From an uncultured Verrucomicrobiales bacterium (lineage in GTDB: Bacteria > Verrucomicrobiota > Verrucomicrobiia > Verrucomicrobiales > DEV007), in assembly GCA_938091905.1 (NCBI GenBank), contig CALKOM010000047.1, positions 1-56,870 of the forward strand: a DNA stretch of 56,870 nt, read 5' to 3'. A program made the translations under genes and the position numbers. Under the pieces are notes generated by a model. That model saw nothing but the letters and a program-made list of their open reading frames with translations, made no database searches and had not been told where the DNA came from. Positions within the stretch are counted from its first letter, which is position 1, and every line of letters begins with the position of its first letter. Below, piece after piece: positions 18,463 through 29,297 of this stretch.

Positions 18463-20946
18463 TTAGAGCATCTTAAAGCGTTTACGCATGGCCCACTCAA
18501 GCCCCAGGAGAAAGGCGAGCAAGAGAAAGACACGCATAGTGTCCCAGATTGGGATAGGTGAGCTTGGCGTTTCTAGACGTCGAATACGATTGGGAATCGC
18601 CTCGAGCAAATTGTCTAACTGATCGAGTTCGAAATACTGACCACCACTGGAGGACGCAAGCTCAATGAGGGGGGCTTTGTTCAGCCACGTCGCTTGGGTT
18701 TCACGGATCGGGAGCACCACCGAGAAGTTGGTGTCGATCTCCAACTCCTCGCCTCCTTCTCCGGGTAGGCTCACCGTAATGTGATGGAGGCCTTGGTTCG
18801 CTGCCGTAATCGTGGACTCATACAGACCGGGGGAATTGGGAACCAAAGTGAAGGTGATTTCCTCGGGCTCTTGACCAGGCACCTCAAGGGTCGCGGTGAC
18901 GGTGTCCTCTTCGAGGGGCTCGTAGTTGGGCTGTCGTAAACGCGCAGCGACACGGACACGGTCTCCAACTTCGTAACGGAAACGGCTCGTTTCTACTACA
19001 CCACGTCGTTTGCCCGCCAAGGTGCGCCCCTCAATAAGATAGCGTGTTGTTTGCACCCAGAACCGTTTGAAGAACTCGGCGTCGAGGCCAGGTGTACGCC
19101 AACGCCAAGTACCGTCGAAGCCTAGAAATGTCGTTCGCCCGGAACCGTAGTTGCCAGTCACTAGTAATGGCCTTGCAATGTCGTTGTTACGCAAGCCAGG
19201 ATCAGAATGCTCAATCAAGACGCGAGCGGCCGGTTTGGGAGACGCTGCGGGGAAACTCCAGAAGATGCCGGGAAGGAGCTTCCACCGGTCGAGCGTCTCT
19301 TGCGTGTCTGAGTAAAAGCGCATGATCGGCTGATCAACATTCGCAGTCACAATGCCGAGCGGCCAAGGGCGATTGAAGGTTGAGAGCAAGCTCGAAACCT
19401 CAAGACTACCAATGTCACCCAACGTTACCGGAAGTAGCTCACTGAACGACTCCAGTCCAGGATTGGTTAGGAACGGACCACCAAAGACAGGGCCAGGCAT
19501 GTAGAGAAGACCACCAGCATGTTCGCCAACGAAGGATTTCAAGAGATCCACCCAAGCCGAACTGAACTCACGAGGATCGGGATCGATCATCACAATAACA
19601 TCAAACTCGAATAGCTTGTCTTTCGTGATCGGGAGCTGGGGAATTGGGGTGTTCCCTTGCTGTTGTCTACCATTGTCCAGGGATTGCAGCCAGCAAGAGA
19701 GATCGACATTGTCTTCACGAATGAAGAGCCGTGTTAAAGCCCGGTATTCCCAGTTAGGCCCACCAGAAATTAAAAGGAGACGCGCATGATCGTCGAGCAC
19801 CTTGACTCGCAGCGGGGCACTCGGCTGATTATCCTTCGCATTAACCTCATTCTCCACCGGCGTCGCGCGGACGGTATAGGAGCGTAGCCCCTCCACTTCT
19901 GGTTTGTGGGTAAACGTCAAGCGCAGCTGACCACCATCTTCGTCGATAGTGACTTCCTGAGTGTCCAACACCTTCTCCTCCGCAGGAACGGACTCGTCTT
20001 CGCCAGGAGTGACATCCAGCAAGCTCACCTCTACTGTGGTCGCCTCAAGCCCCTGAGATCGAAGCGTGGCCTGAATCTCGAAAGGATCATTTTTCCACAC
20101 TTGAGGGTCTGCGTAGATCTCGGCTACCTGAAGGTTGGTCGGCTTATCCGTATCTCCAAGTCCCACAACAAAAAGAGGCACCTGACGTTCCTTGGCCTGA
20201 TCTGCAGCCTCGGCAAGACTCGATTGGGCATTGTGTTGACCATCGGTTAGGATTACCACGCCTGAGGTGAGACGCTCTGTCAGGCTCGTGGTCAGAGCCC
20301 GGGCAAGGTCGGTTCCTGGCCCAGTGGCTTTCAGCTCGGGGATCACGGTCTTCTCCTCGGCTTCCGGATTCTCGGGATCAGCTTCTTCTGCTACTGTAGG
20401 CACTTCTTGAATCCGGTCCGCAAAGTCGAGTAGACGTAGACGACCGCGCTTCTCAATCTCGCTGTAGAAACGCCCTTCTTCCCAAGTGGTGAGTTTGTTG
20501 ATCAGATCGACGCGGGCAATGGGAGTCTGTTTCACCGTTTCTGCTCCTTGACCCGTGATCTTGGATACACCGACTGCTGCCTTAGCGTCGTCATAGGTAT
20601 CCGTCTCATTCATCGACTCCGAGGCGTCTCGGAGGACCGTGACCACCGGTCGAATCGTTCGGATTTTGTTGTAACTCACCGCCGGACCTAACAAGATTGC
20701 GAGCAACAACAGAAGAGTTAGCCCACGAAGGCCAGCCAGAGATAAACGAACCCAACCTGGCGCATCGGCATGGTCCCTCTGATACAGTTTGTAGGCAAGG
20801 TAGAGCAGGATGCCCGCCACGCCAATAAGCACAAACACGCCCCAGGACTCCGGCAAGTAGGTAAACTGGAAACTCACATCCGCATCATCGGGAACGCGTT
20901 CAGCGTCGAACCCAAGCAAGCGGAGGATGGAGGTATTGGCAAGCAT
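18463..20946 (-). CDS. Membrane protein with VWA, Ig-like and class I GATase-like domains
   Basis: MIDAS-like DASESM / TD / LTDG; GGPNWEYR; GGLLY; GRTTF..TWRWR; C-terminal TM EWAMRK. Confidence 0.85.
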   Translation of the reverse strand: MLANTSILRLLGFDAERVPDDADVSFQFTYLPESWGVFVLIGVAGILLYLAYKLYQRDHADAPGWVRLSLAGLRGLTLLLLLAILLGPAVSYNKIRTIRPVVTVLRDASESMNETDTYDDAKAAVGVSKITGQGAETVKQTPIARVDLINKLTTWEEGRFYSEIEKRGRLRLLDFADRIQEVPTVAEEADPENPEAEEKTVIPELKATGPGTDLARALTTSLTERLTSGVVILTDGQHNAQSSLAEAADQAKERQVPLFVVGLGDTDKPTNLQVAEIYADPQVWKNDPFEIQATLRSQGLEATTVEVSLLDVTPGEDESVPAEEKVLDTQEVTIDEDGGQLRLTFTHKPEVEGLRSYTVRATPVENEVNAKDNQPSAPLRVKVLDDHARLLLISGGPNWEYRALTRLFIREDNVDLSCWLQSLDNGRQQQGNTPIPQLPITKDKLFEFDVIVMIDPDPREFSSAWVDLLKSFVGEHAGGLLYMPGPVFGGPFLTNPGLESFSELLPVTLGDIGSLEVSSLLSTFNRPWPLGIVTANVDQPIMRFYSDTQETLDRWKLLPGIFWSFPAASPKPAARVLIEHSDPGLRNNDIARPLLVTGNYGSGRTTFLGFDGTWRWRTPGLDAEFFKRFWVQTTRYLIEGRTLAGKRRGVVETSRFRYEVGDRVRVAARLRQPNYEPLEEDTVTATLEVPGQEPEEITFTLVPNSPGLYESTITAANQGLHHITVSLPGEGGEELEIDTNFSVVLPIRETQATWLNKAPLIELASSSGGQYFELDQLDNLLEAIPNRIRRLETPSSPIPIWDTMRVFLLLAFLLGLEWAMRKRFKML

Positions 20947-20960
20947 GCTAGAAATAGATA

Positions 20961-22031
20961 TCAGCGCGCGAAGACAGGAAGACGATCGTTGGGCATCTGT
21001 AAGATGATGCAGGCCATGGCGGTGCCGAACTCGTCGCTATAAGGCGACGACCACGAGCCATCAGGCCGTTGCTTTTTGAGTAGCGAGTCACGAATCTGAG
21101 GATACCAATCGTTCCACCACTGCCCCCCCGCATGCCACATGGCTTGAACCGCGTAGTAGTGCCCGTAGAAATAGTAATGGCCCTCCGCTCGGCTGCGATT
21201 CTTTTTGAGATAATGCAGCCCCTTCTCAATCTGAGGCCCGTCGTAGATGCCCGCACTAAACAGGCTCACTAATCCAGCCGCTGTAAGCGCAAAGGTCGTG
21301 TGCCCACCACGCAGCGTGTATCGAAACCCGCCGTCATCAATCTGGCTCTTCTTCACATAGGCGATGGTCTTCTCACGGGAAGGATCTGGCACCGTAATCC
21401 CCGCATCGCGAGCTGCCCGTAAAGCCATGATCTGGCAAACGGTTACCGATAAATCGGCATCTGTTGGACTGGGCTGATAACGCCAGCCACCTTCATCGTT
21501 CTGGGAACTCAAGGTCAGCTTCACCGCCGTACGAAGTTTCTGCCCTAACTCTTTCTGACGTGTCATGCCATACGCCTGCGTCATGCAAAGCATGGCAAAG
21601 CCATGACCATACATGTTTCCCGTGCCACGACCTCCCGCTCTCGCGATGTAGCCCGTGGCAGACGTGTTCCTAATGAGAAACTGCGTACAGGCCTCGACCT
21701 GTTTCCCATAGCGACCAATTCCGGGTGTACTTCCCTCGCACATAAAGGCTAGGCCCGCGATACCACAAATACCTACACTACCATTATAACTACTCGCACC
21801 GAAAGCACCACGATCCACGCCACGACCGATCTGGCGACTGGCTAAGAAACGGAGCCCCTTGTCAATCGCACCTTGCGTGCGGGCATCGATCAGTTCTTCA
21901 GATGTGAGCTCTCGGACACCGTCGTCCACCACAGCATTTGCACCAAGCAACGGCACGCCTAACGCGCCGGCTCCAGCTAGCTGGGCGCTTTGACGAAGGA
22001 ACTGGCGGCGGGAGGAAGGAGACGTAGACAT
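20961..22031 (-). CDS. TAT-exported prenyltransferase/squalene-oxidase-repeat (terpene cyclase fold) protein
   Basis: SRRQFLR twin-arginine signal; QW-like repeats QNDEGGW, QIDDGGF, QRPDGSW. Confidence 0.85.
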   Translation of the reverse strand: MSTSPSSRRQFLRQSAQLAGAGALGVPLLGANAVVDDGVRELTSEELIDARTQGAIDKGLRFLASRQIGRGVDRGAFGASSYNGSVGICGIAGLAFMCEGSTPGIGRYGKQVEACTQFLIRNTSATGYIARAGGRGTGNMYGHGFAMLCMTQAYGMTRQKELGQKLRTAVKLTLSSQNDEGGWRYQPSPTDADLSVTVCQIMALRAARDAGITVPDPSREKTIAYVKKSQIDDGGFRYTLRGGHTTFALTAAGLVSLFSAGIYDGPQIEKGLHYLKKNRSRAEGHYYFYGHYYAVQAMWHAGGQWWNDWYPQIRDSLLKKQRPDGSWSSPYSDEFGTAMACIILQMPNDRLPVFAR

Positions 22032-22043
22032 AACGAATGAATG

Positions 22044-24668
22044 TTAGTTAAGCGATTCCCCGGAAGCCCCGGGACTAAGCCCATAGACTTGTTTCAATCC
22101 ATAAACCAAGAGACGCTCACCATCGGTATAGAGGTTGCCAATGGGCTCATCATCATTGGCAAGTCGAATGGTTGAAAGGGAGAGTTGTTTCCCTGTCTTT
22201 GGATCTAATTGAACAATCCCATTGATGGGTTGCGGATTTTCATTGGGCTGCTGACCATTCTGTAGCTGAGCTGTTTGCACCGGACCGACCCCGTCCATGA
22301 ATGACATGTAGATGCCGCCTGGCGTAAAGGCACCACGCGCATAGGATTTACCAGGAAGATCCGCATCCCAGAGGAGTTTGCCACCATGAGCCCGGTAGCA
22401 GCGAACCGAGCGGTCACTTGCAATATAGAGCCGACCATCATGAACGGCGAGCACATAGGCATTGGGATCAGGTTCACGGAACGGAGTCTTCGGCGTTTCC
22501 CAAGCGAGTTCACCAGAGCGTCGATCCACCGCAAAGAGATACTTGAAATCAGTCCCAACGACGATGACCTCGTTTCCATGGGGCAGGATACGATCTTCCT
22601 CATGCCCATCTAACAGTTTCCACTTATCTTGATAATTCGGGACAATACTATTCGTCGGCTGCACCATGATCGAACTTCGGGGATAGTCTACGGCCCAGTT
22701 CAACCTCCCAGAAATGGCATCCACCGAGAAGAGCAATCCAGCACCGGAACCAATATAGGCATCTCCCGCGTCTAGACTGATCGGCACGGGTGATAAGCCT
22801 TGCACTTGCCCCGCTGGCTCATCGCAAAGAAAGGTGCGCCATACGGTCTCACCGGTTTGACGATCTAAGCCCGCCAACCAAAGAGAAGGCCCCTCATGAA
22901 CAGGCACGAGCAAGAGGTTACCGTAAGGGACGGGCGAACTGGAGAAGCCCGCACGCTGAGTAATTGGGAGGTTTGGATTGACCGGTTCCTCAGCACGCCG
23001 ATACCACTGGAGTTTCCCTGTAACGGCGTGGTAGGCCACGAGTCGGTTCTCACGGAAGCGTCCGCGTGCCGTCTGCCGCCCGATGAATCGATTCCGATTG
23101 TTCGGCTGAACGGGCGCAATTTCAACCTTCTCATCTTGGAAATCTAACGGATTCCCCTGCAGCACATAGATGTAGTCCTTAGCCAGTGTCATCGATTGAT
23201 GCACCCGATCTCCAAACAGCAACAGCTCTTCGGAACTGGTGGGAAACGGCACCGTCTGCATCTGCTGATTGCGAATGCGACTTGTCGAATTGGTGGTGTT
23301 CTCGTCGAGCACCAGGCTGTTCCGGAACCCTAACCATTTCAAACTGCCCGAACTCGGATCACAGGCCACCAAGCGATCATCCGTTTTAAAGTAGGCCGTT
23401 CCGTCGCGGACAAGCATCTGACCGGCAGGCATAAAGAAGTCACGCCAGCGGTCTTCCATCCGCACAGATTTTGTAGGCTTAGACTGGGTCTGGCCCACTC
23501 GAGTACGATTGCGCGCCTGAAGCTGCGCCTGGAACTGATTCACAATGTTAGGCAAAGGCGAGCGAGGGGACTCCGGCAAGACGGCCCATTCTTGAGGTAA
23601 CGTTAAATCAAAGCGCTGTCTCCAGGCCACTTTCAACGTGGCGGGAAGTGGCGCAGGCAAGCTTGCTTGCACCTGCATGGGCGTTTGCAAGGGCGCGCTC
23701 CGGCCATCGCTTCCACCCAAATTGCGACGAACCTCCTCGATGTCTGCTTTGACCAATGTCAGGATGCGACGATACGCGGGAAACTTCTCATAAAGAGCAT
23801 CAACCATTCCCAGTGCCTCCACCGCACTACCCACACGAGCGAGCGACCCGGCCAATCGAATCTCCACTAGGACAGGATCGAGATCCGTCTTGGGGTACTC
23901 ATCGAGGATCTTGCTGAAGAGACGGACGGCAGGGAGAAACTCACCGCGTTCCATCTTCAGGCAACCTAACTCAAACGCTGAATCGTCGCCGACCGAACTC
24001 AGGAAGAAGCGCAGCACCACATCAGCCAACGCCGATTCACGTGTCTCAGGAGTAGCGCGGGCCAGCAAAGCCCGTGCATCGCCATCGATCTTCAATTGAT
24101 AGTCTTCCAGGCTATCTCCAATCGCCCGCTTCATTGATGCTTCGATCTCAGCAAGCATCGGGCGCATTTGGCGATAGGTGTTGCCCGCGTAGGTTTCTTG
24201 CAACCAATCGGGCCTTGCTAACAGAGAGTCACTACTTTGACTGATAGCTTGTTGCCACAGTCGAGTTGCAAGATCATAGCGGCCCTGTTTGCCGAGTTGC
24301 TCAGCCCGCTCTAACAATAGCTCTGATTCACTATCTGTCTTTACCATACCAGATGCCATCGGTCGGGCAAGGCTGCGGCCTGGGATCATGAGGTTTCCTT
24401 GGAATGCCGCAGCGTCCATTCCCCCATCGATTCCCAGCACCATTTCGCCTCCTAAAACATTCGCAAGTTGCTCGAGTAACTCAGGATCCGCGTCCAGGAT
24501 CTCCAAATCCTCGAGCACATCAATGACGGCACCATTCGGTGGCTCGATCTCAATGACGGGCGGCACTTCTTCCTCCTCTTGCGACCACCCGCTGCCCATG
24601 AGGCCAAAAGCAACCGCACTCGCAGCGAGGCGAGTCTTCCAGTTTGGCGCTGTGTTTCGAAATTTCAT
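22044..24668 (-). CDS. Secreted PQQ-binding-like beta-propeller protein with N-terminal TPR-like region
   Basis: Start MKFRNT with signal peptide; repeated AxDxxTGxxxW motifs (GLDRQTGETVW, SVDAISGRLNW, AVDRRSGELAW). Confidence 0.85.
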   Translation of the reverse strand: MKFRNTAPNWKTRLAASAVAFGLMGSGWSQEEEEVPPVIEIEPPNGAVIDVLEDLEILDADPELLEQLANVLGGEMVLGIDGGMDAAAFQGNLMIPGRSLARPMASGMVKTDSESELLLERAEQLGKQGRYDLATRLWQQAISQSSDSLLARPDWLQETYAGNTYRQMRPMLAEIEASMKRAIGDSLEDYQLKIDGDARALLARATPETRESALADVVLRFFLSSVGDDSAFELGCLKMERGEFLPAVRLFSKILDEYPKTDLDPVLVEIRLAGSLARVGSAVEALGMVDALYEKFPAYRRILTLVKADIEEVRRNLGGSDGRSAPLQTPMQVQASLPAPLPATLKVAWRQRFDLTLPQEWAVLPESPRSPLPNIVNQFQAQLQARNRTRVGQTQSKPTKSVRMEDRWRDFFMPAGQMLVRDGTAYFKTDDRLVACDPSSGSLKWLGFRNSLVLDENTTNSTSRIRNQQMQTVPFPTSSEELLLFGDRVHQSMTLAKDYIYVLQGNPLDFQDEKVEIAPVQPNNRNRFIGRQTARGRFRENRLVAYHAVTGKLQWYRRAEEPVNPNLPITQRAGFSSSPVPYGNLLLVPVHEGPSLWLAGLDRQTGETVWRTFLCDEPAGQVQGLSPVPISLDAGDAYIGSGAGLLFSVDAISGRLNWAVDYPRSSIMVQPTNSIVPNYQDKWKLLDGHEEDRILPHGNEVIVVGTDFKYLFAVDRRSGELAWETPKTPFREPDPNAYVLAVHDGRLYIASDRSVRCYRAHGGKLLWDADLPGKSYARGAFTPGGIYMSFMDGVGPVQTAQLQNGQQPNENPQPINGIVQLDPKTGKQLSLSTIRLANDDEPIGNLYTDGERLLVYGLKQVYGLSPGASGESLN

Positions 24669-24678
24669 GGATCGTATG

Positions 24679-26943
24679 CTACCGGCGAGCTCCCAACCAC
24701 CAACCATAAATCAGTTCCACGCAGAGGAAAGCGAGGAGCAGGTAGAGTGCCCATCGCCAGAATTCAGTGCGCGATTTGGTCGCCCCCAAGTCCATGAGAG
24801 AGGCGCTCGCCACCACGATTTCCACCGGTGACTCGCCCATGGCGCTTTCCACCGCTTTCAAATCCACCCGCTCTAGAGCGCCCTCACTCGTGTCGACATT
24901 GGCGGCAAATAGCACGCCTTCCGGGTCGCCACCATCCGTAGGCATCAGTTCGATTTCGTAAAACCCGCGCCTAGGCGTGTCTTCAAACCGCACTTCCCAA
25001 TTCGTCGACTGCTCCCCACCCGCTTTCGGCAGCGCGCGGACGGGCAGGCTGCTTCCCGCAGGGGTGATCACGGAACCATCTGGACGAAACTCGGTCAGCT
25101 CCAGCCCATGAACCAGTGCCCCCCCCACAGGAAAGACACCTTCTCCCGCTCGCTGTGGCGCCATGTAGCGTGTGAGCTCTTGCAACATGATCAGGTAGCC
25201 GACGGCTTCGGTTGGCCAATTACCCCAGTCGAGATCGAGCGCGGAGGTCACGGTCATGACTCGACCGTTGCCGAAACTAGACTCCACGATGAGCGGCGTC
25301 TTCTCGGGATTGGAGAGACCAGCTAACACAGCCACCTTTCCACTATCAAGCGCTGCTTGGGCGGCCTGATTACTCCACCATTGAAAAATCTTCACACCAG
25401 CCAGCAACGGACTCCCATCACCATCAAACAGTTTCAGAACTGGATGCGACATCTCTTGGGGCTCCACTAAGGTCCAGGTATTGCCTTCTTCATCGCCCTG
25501 GATACCTGCTAGACTCAGAGGAACTAACCCTTCACCCTCTCTGAAAAGGTCCTTGTTGTAAGACTCTTCATCGACCTGATCTCCTAACACCACAACCAAT
25601 CCACCACCAGCATCAACCCAGTCTTCCAACCGCTGACGAGCACCATCGATCAAACGATAAACGTTGGAAAGATAAATGACCTCGTAGTCCACGAGAGGCA
25701 GCGTCTCCAGATCAGAGTCGTCGACCACAGTTAAATCGAGTCCGGAAATGGCACGACCTCGCGGTGACAAAGCTTTCTGCATGAAGAAGGTCTCACTCTC
25801 GCCGTAAGAACTCGACGGATCGCCATCGATGAGCAACACACGGAGTCCTTGTTTCACTCGGGCAGGGAAGTAGCGAACATTATCATCGGGCAGACCGTCG
25901 CCATCGCTAGGCGCAATTTCTGCTTTGAGCCGCACTGGCTCTATCAAAGACAAATCTTCAGGACGAGAAAAGGTGAACGTGAACGAGGCTGCACCCGTTT
26001 CACCTGGCCCTACACGATCGATCACACGCTCTATTGGCAGCATTTCGCCCGCCGTCAGACGCACGGCCAAATCGGTCACTGCAGCCCGCCCGCGATTTCG
26101 CACCGTCACTTCAAACTCGGTTGGGACACCGGCAATCAGCGCCTTGTCGCGTACAGCTACCTCTTCAACGACCACATTGTCAGTACTGCCTGCTGAGCCA
26201 CCCGTCGCCGCATCCACCAAATACAGTCCAGCCGATTCCTCCGAGATGCGCTTCAGACTCGCAAAGACTTCCTTCTGCGCTTCAGGTGCCCAGTCGCGCG
26301 AACGAAAGTCACTGACCACATAGACGATACGATTCACTGCGGTCCGACCATTCGCCGATGGATCGAGCATGTCCTCGATCTCGCTCAGGGCCTTGGGCAA
26401 TTGGGAGGTCGCATCGGCCGCATCCAGCTGTTTGATATCTTCCAGAATCTGACTCACCGCATCTTCTGTCAGCGGCTCATCCCGATAGATCGCACGCTCA
26501 GGGCGCGATGCTAGCACTAAGGTAAACGAATCTCCTGTGTTATTCGAAGCCAGCGTCGTGATCCAATTCGTCACGGCCTTGCCAGCCTCAGTCAATGGTG
26601 TAGTGCCACCGCTTTTTGCATTCATGCTCAGCGAATCATCCAGCAAGATCACGCGTTCGTGGCGCGCGGATTTGAAGAGACCACCACCGGCATCCGAGGT
26701 GAAGAACGGGCGCGCCAAGAGCATGCCCAAGAAGGCCATGATCAAACAGCGCAACAGGAGCAGGATAAAGTCTTCCAGCTTCACGCGGCGCTTATTGATC
26801 TTCTGCGCCTGGAGAAGGAAATCCATGGCCGCCCAGTCGACCCGACGGAAACGCCGCTTATTCAGCAAGTGAATCAGAATGGGCAAGGCCACGCCGATGA
26901 GGCCGGCCCAGAAGAGCAAGGGAGTGGTGAAGAAGTTTCCCAT
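24679..26943 (-). CDS. BatA-domain / VWA / Ig-like / GATase-like membrane protein
   Basis: LPILIHLLNKRR..WAAMDFL BatA N-terminus; DDSLSM MIDAS, VSDF; C-terminal TM EFWRWALY. Confidence 0.9.
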   Translation of the reverse strand: MGNFFTTPLLFWAGLIGVALPILIHLLNKRRFRRVDWAAMDFLLQAQKINKRRVKLEDFILLLLRCLIMAFLGMLLARPFFTSDAGGGLFKSARHERVILLDDSLSMNAKSGGTTPLTEAGKAVTNWITTLASNNTGDSFTLVLASRPERAIYRDEPLTEDAVSQILEDIKQLDAADATSQLPKALSEIEDMLDPSANGRTAVNRIVYVVSDFRSRDWAPEAQKEVFASLKRISEESAGLYLVDAATGGSAGSTDNVVVEEVAVRDKALIAGVPTEFEVTVRNRGRAAVTDLAVRLTAGEMLPIERVIDRVGPGETGAASFTFTFSRPEDLSLIEPVRLKAEIAPSDGDGLPDDNVRYFPARVKQGLRVLLIDGDPSSSYGESETFFMQKALSPRGRAISGLDLTVVDDSDLETLPLVDYEVIYLSNVYRLIDGARQRLEDWVDAGGGLVVVLGDQVDEESYNKDLFREGEGLVPLSLAGIQGDEEGNTWTLVEPQEMSHPVLKLFDGDGSPLLAGVKIFQWWSNQAAQAALDSGKVAVLAGLSNPEKTPLIVESSFGNGRVMTVTSALDLDWGNWPTEAVGYLIMLQELTRYMAPQRAGEGVFPVGGALVHGLELTEFRPDGSVITPAGSSLPVRALPKAGGEQSTNWEVRFEDTPRRGFYEIELMPTDGGDPEGVLFAANVDTSEGALERVDLKAVESAMGESPVEIVVASASLMDLGATKSRTEFWRWALYLLLAFLCVELIYGWWLGARR

Positions 26944-26949
26944 GTTGGC

Positions 26950-27879
26950 CTAACGATTGCGCGAACGGCGGGAAAGTCGCTGCCGGGAAGCGAGGTACCG
27001 TGAGAGCACGGCATCTAAGGTGTCCTTAGTATTCATGAGCTCGTAGTCGGCGCCCAGCGAGGAACACACCTTGCGTACGTCTTTCAAATAATTCTCGACC
27101 ACATCGAGATACGTCTTTCGCAACGCACGGGGATCTGCATGTACCTGATCATCCGATTCCAAGCCGAGGAACCGCGTGTGCGTATCAAAAGGAAAGGTCA
27201 GCTCGTCGTCATGCATCACGTGCATCACCACCACTTCGTTCTTCCGCAAACGGAAGGCCTGCAGTGACGCCCGTAGTTGATCGAGGTCCGCAAAGAGATC
27301 AGAAATCAGAATGACCATGCCGCGTTTGCGAATCTGCTGGGCGAGGTCCAGAAAGACATTTCCCACATCGGTCTTGTCATCCGGCTTCATCTGATCCAAC
27401 TCGTGAACCAGACGCTTCAAGTGCATGGCCCGTCCGCTCGGCGGCAAATTTAGCGTCACCTTGTTGGTGAAGGTCACTAGTCCCACCACGTCTTGTTGCC
27501 CCTGCAAGAGGTGTGTTAGAGAAGCTGCCGCCGTTGCCGCGTAATCAAACTTCGTCCACGTATCAGAACCGTACCCCATCGACTTGCTCGCATCGACGAT
27601 GATCGTACAATTGAGATTCGTTTCTTCCTCATACTCCTTGATATAAAGACGATCCGTCTTGGACCACACCTTCCAGTCAATGTGCTTCAGTTCATCACCA
27701 GCAGCATATTCACGGTGACCCGCGAACTCCACTGCAAAGCCGCTGAACGGACTCTTATGCTGGCCGGTGATAAATCCTTCGACCACCAAACGCGCACGGA
27801 CATCCAGCTGCTTGATCTTCTCAAGCACCTTAGGGTCCAAGTACCTGGACGCGTCTTCCGAGGTCGTGCTGTCAGCCAT
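26950..27879 (-). CDS. DUF58 domain-containing protein
   Basis: G.HKSPF.G..VEF..HREY..GDELKHIDWKV; DASKSM; ISD. Confidence 0.93.
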   Translation of the reverse strand: MADSTTSEDASRYLDPKVLEKIKQLDVRARLVVEGFITGQHKSPFSGFAVEFAGHREYAAGDELKHIDWKVWSKTDRLYIKEYEEETNLNCTIIVDASKSMGYGSDTWTKFDYAATAAASLTHLLQGQQDVVGLVTFTNKVTLNLPPSGRAMHLKRLVHELDQMKPDDKTDVGNVFLDLAQQIRKRGMVILISDLFADLDQLRASLQAFRLRKNEVVVMHVMHDDELTFPFDTHTRFLGLESDDQVHADPRALRKTYLDVVENYLKDVRKVCSSLGADYELMNTKDTLDAVLSRYLASRQRLSRRSRNR

Positions 27880-27894
27880 GAATAAAGGGAACCG

Positions 27895-28971
27895 CTAAGC
27901 AGCGTTGAACGCGGGCGCGAGTTCGGGAGCCACATCGTCCTGCTCGCGACGTTCTGGCAACTTCTCTAGCAACTGAGTCACCACGTCATCGGACGTGATG
28001 TTGTTAGACTCCGCATTGAACGTCGTGATAATTCGATGACGTAAGACCGGTTTGGAGATCGCTTTCACATCCTCAAGTGTGGCAAATGAACGACCTTCCA
28101 TCACTGCCTTCGCCTTCGCTCCAAGGATGAGATACTGCACTGCACGAGGACCGGCACCCCAACTCAGAAGATCGGGCACGAAGTCGGGCACATCGCCCTG
28201 GGAGACTCGAGTCGCCCGCACAAGTCGAAGCGCATAGTGAATGACATGAGCGGGAACCGGCACACGGCGCACGAGTTTCTGCACATCGAGAATCTCGTCA
28301 GCCGAAAGCACCGCGTCCACTTCAGAACTCACTGCCGAGGTCGTCGACGCAGCGATCTGGTACTCATCGTCGTAATCCGGATAATCGACGAACACCTTGA
28401 ACATGAATCGGTCCTGCTGCGCCTCCGGCAGCGTGTAGGTACCTTCTTGTTCGATCGGGTTCTGCGTCGCCAGGACAAAGAACGGATCGGGCAACGGGTG
28501 GCGAGTCCCACCGATGGTCACTTGCCGCTCTTGCATCGCTTCCAACAGAGCCGCCTGCGTCTTCGGAGGCGTCCGGTTGATCTCATCCGCCAAGATGATA
28601 TTCGCAAAGATCGGTCCCTGAATGAAACGGAACTCACGGGCACCACTCAGCTTGTCCTCTTGAATGACCTCAGTCCCGGTAATGTCAGACGGCATCAAAT
28701 CAGGAGTGAACTGAACCCGACTGAAATCGAGCTTCATCGATTTCGCCAAAGTGCTTACCATCAGCGTTTTAGCGAGACCCGGCACCCCCTCCAAGAGACA
28801 GTGTCCCTGGGAAAAGATACCCATCACCAACTGATCAATCACCTCCCCCTGACCCACGATGATCTTGCTCAGCTCTGACCGGATCTTTCCCGTCGCTGTC
28901 TTCACAGACTCTAGACTCTTAACTTCCTCATCGCTCAATCGCGATTCTTCTACAGGCTGGGTTTCAGGCAT
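27895..28971 (-). CDS. moxR: MoxR family AAA+ ATPase
   Basis: Walker [59 protein letters not shown]. Confidence 0.96.
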   Translation of the reverse strand: MPETQPVEESRLSDEEVKSLESVKTATGKIRSELSKIIVGQGEVIDQLVMGIFSQGHCLLEGVPGLAKTLMVSTLAKSMKLDFSRVQFTPDLMPSDITGTEVIQEDKLSGAREFRFIQGPIFANIILADEINRTPPKTQAALLEAMQERQVTIGGTRHPLPDPFFVLATQNPIEQEGTYTLPEAQQDRFMFKVFVDYPDYDDEYQIAASTTSAVSSEVDAVLSADEILDVQKLVRRVPVPAHVIHYALRLVRATRVSQGDVPDFVPDLLSWGAGPRAVQYLILGAKAKAVMEGRSFATLEDVKAISKPVLRHRIITTFNAESNNITSDDVVTQLLEKLPERREQDDVAPELAPAFNAA

Positions 28972-29297
28972 GATAATTCATTAAATGTTAAAGATAATGG
29001 AAATCCTAATGGCTCCAAAGAGCTACGCAACCCAATTCACCAGGGATGCGGGATCTGGTGAGGATTATGCATGGCTCTTCCACCCCGACCAGGCCTGATT
29101 GGCTCGGCTTTACGAGCAAATTGAGACTACGGACACCAGGACAAGTAGCCGCAAATCACTTTCCCAGGCTCAAGCGACCTCCGGTCGTCCACGCGGCAAT
29201 GCGCTTTCGCCTTGCTCGCCCAAGACCGCCAACATACCTTTATAACGATGTCAGGCTACACCCCGAGTTCCTTTAGCAAGAGAAGCATTGCCCCCAG

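Noticed and set aside
20961..22031. Squalene-hopene cyclase / terpene biosynthetic cluster
   Set aside because: Single barrel, no DxDD motif, TAT-exported, no isoprenoid genes nearby
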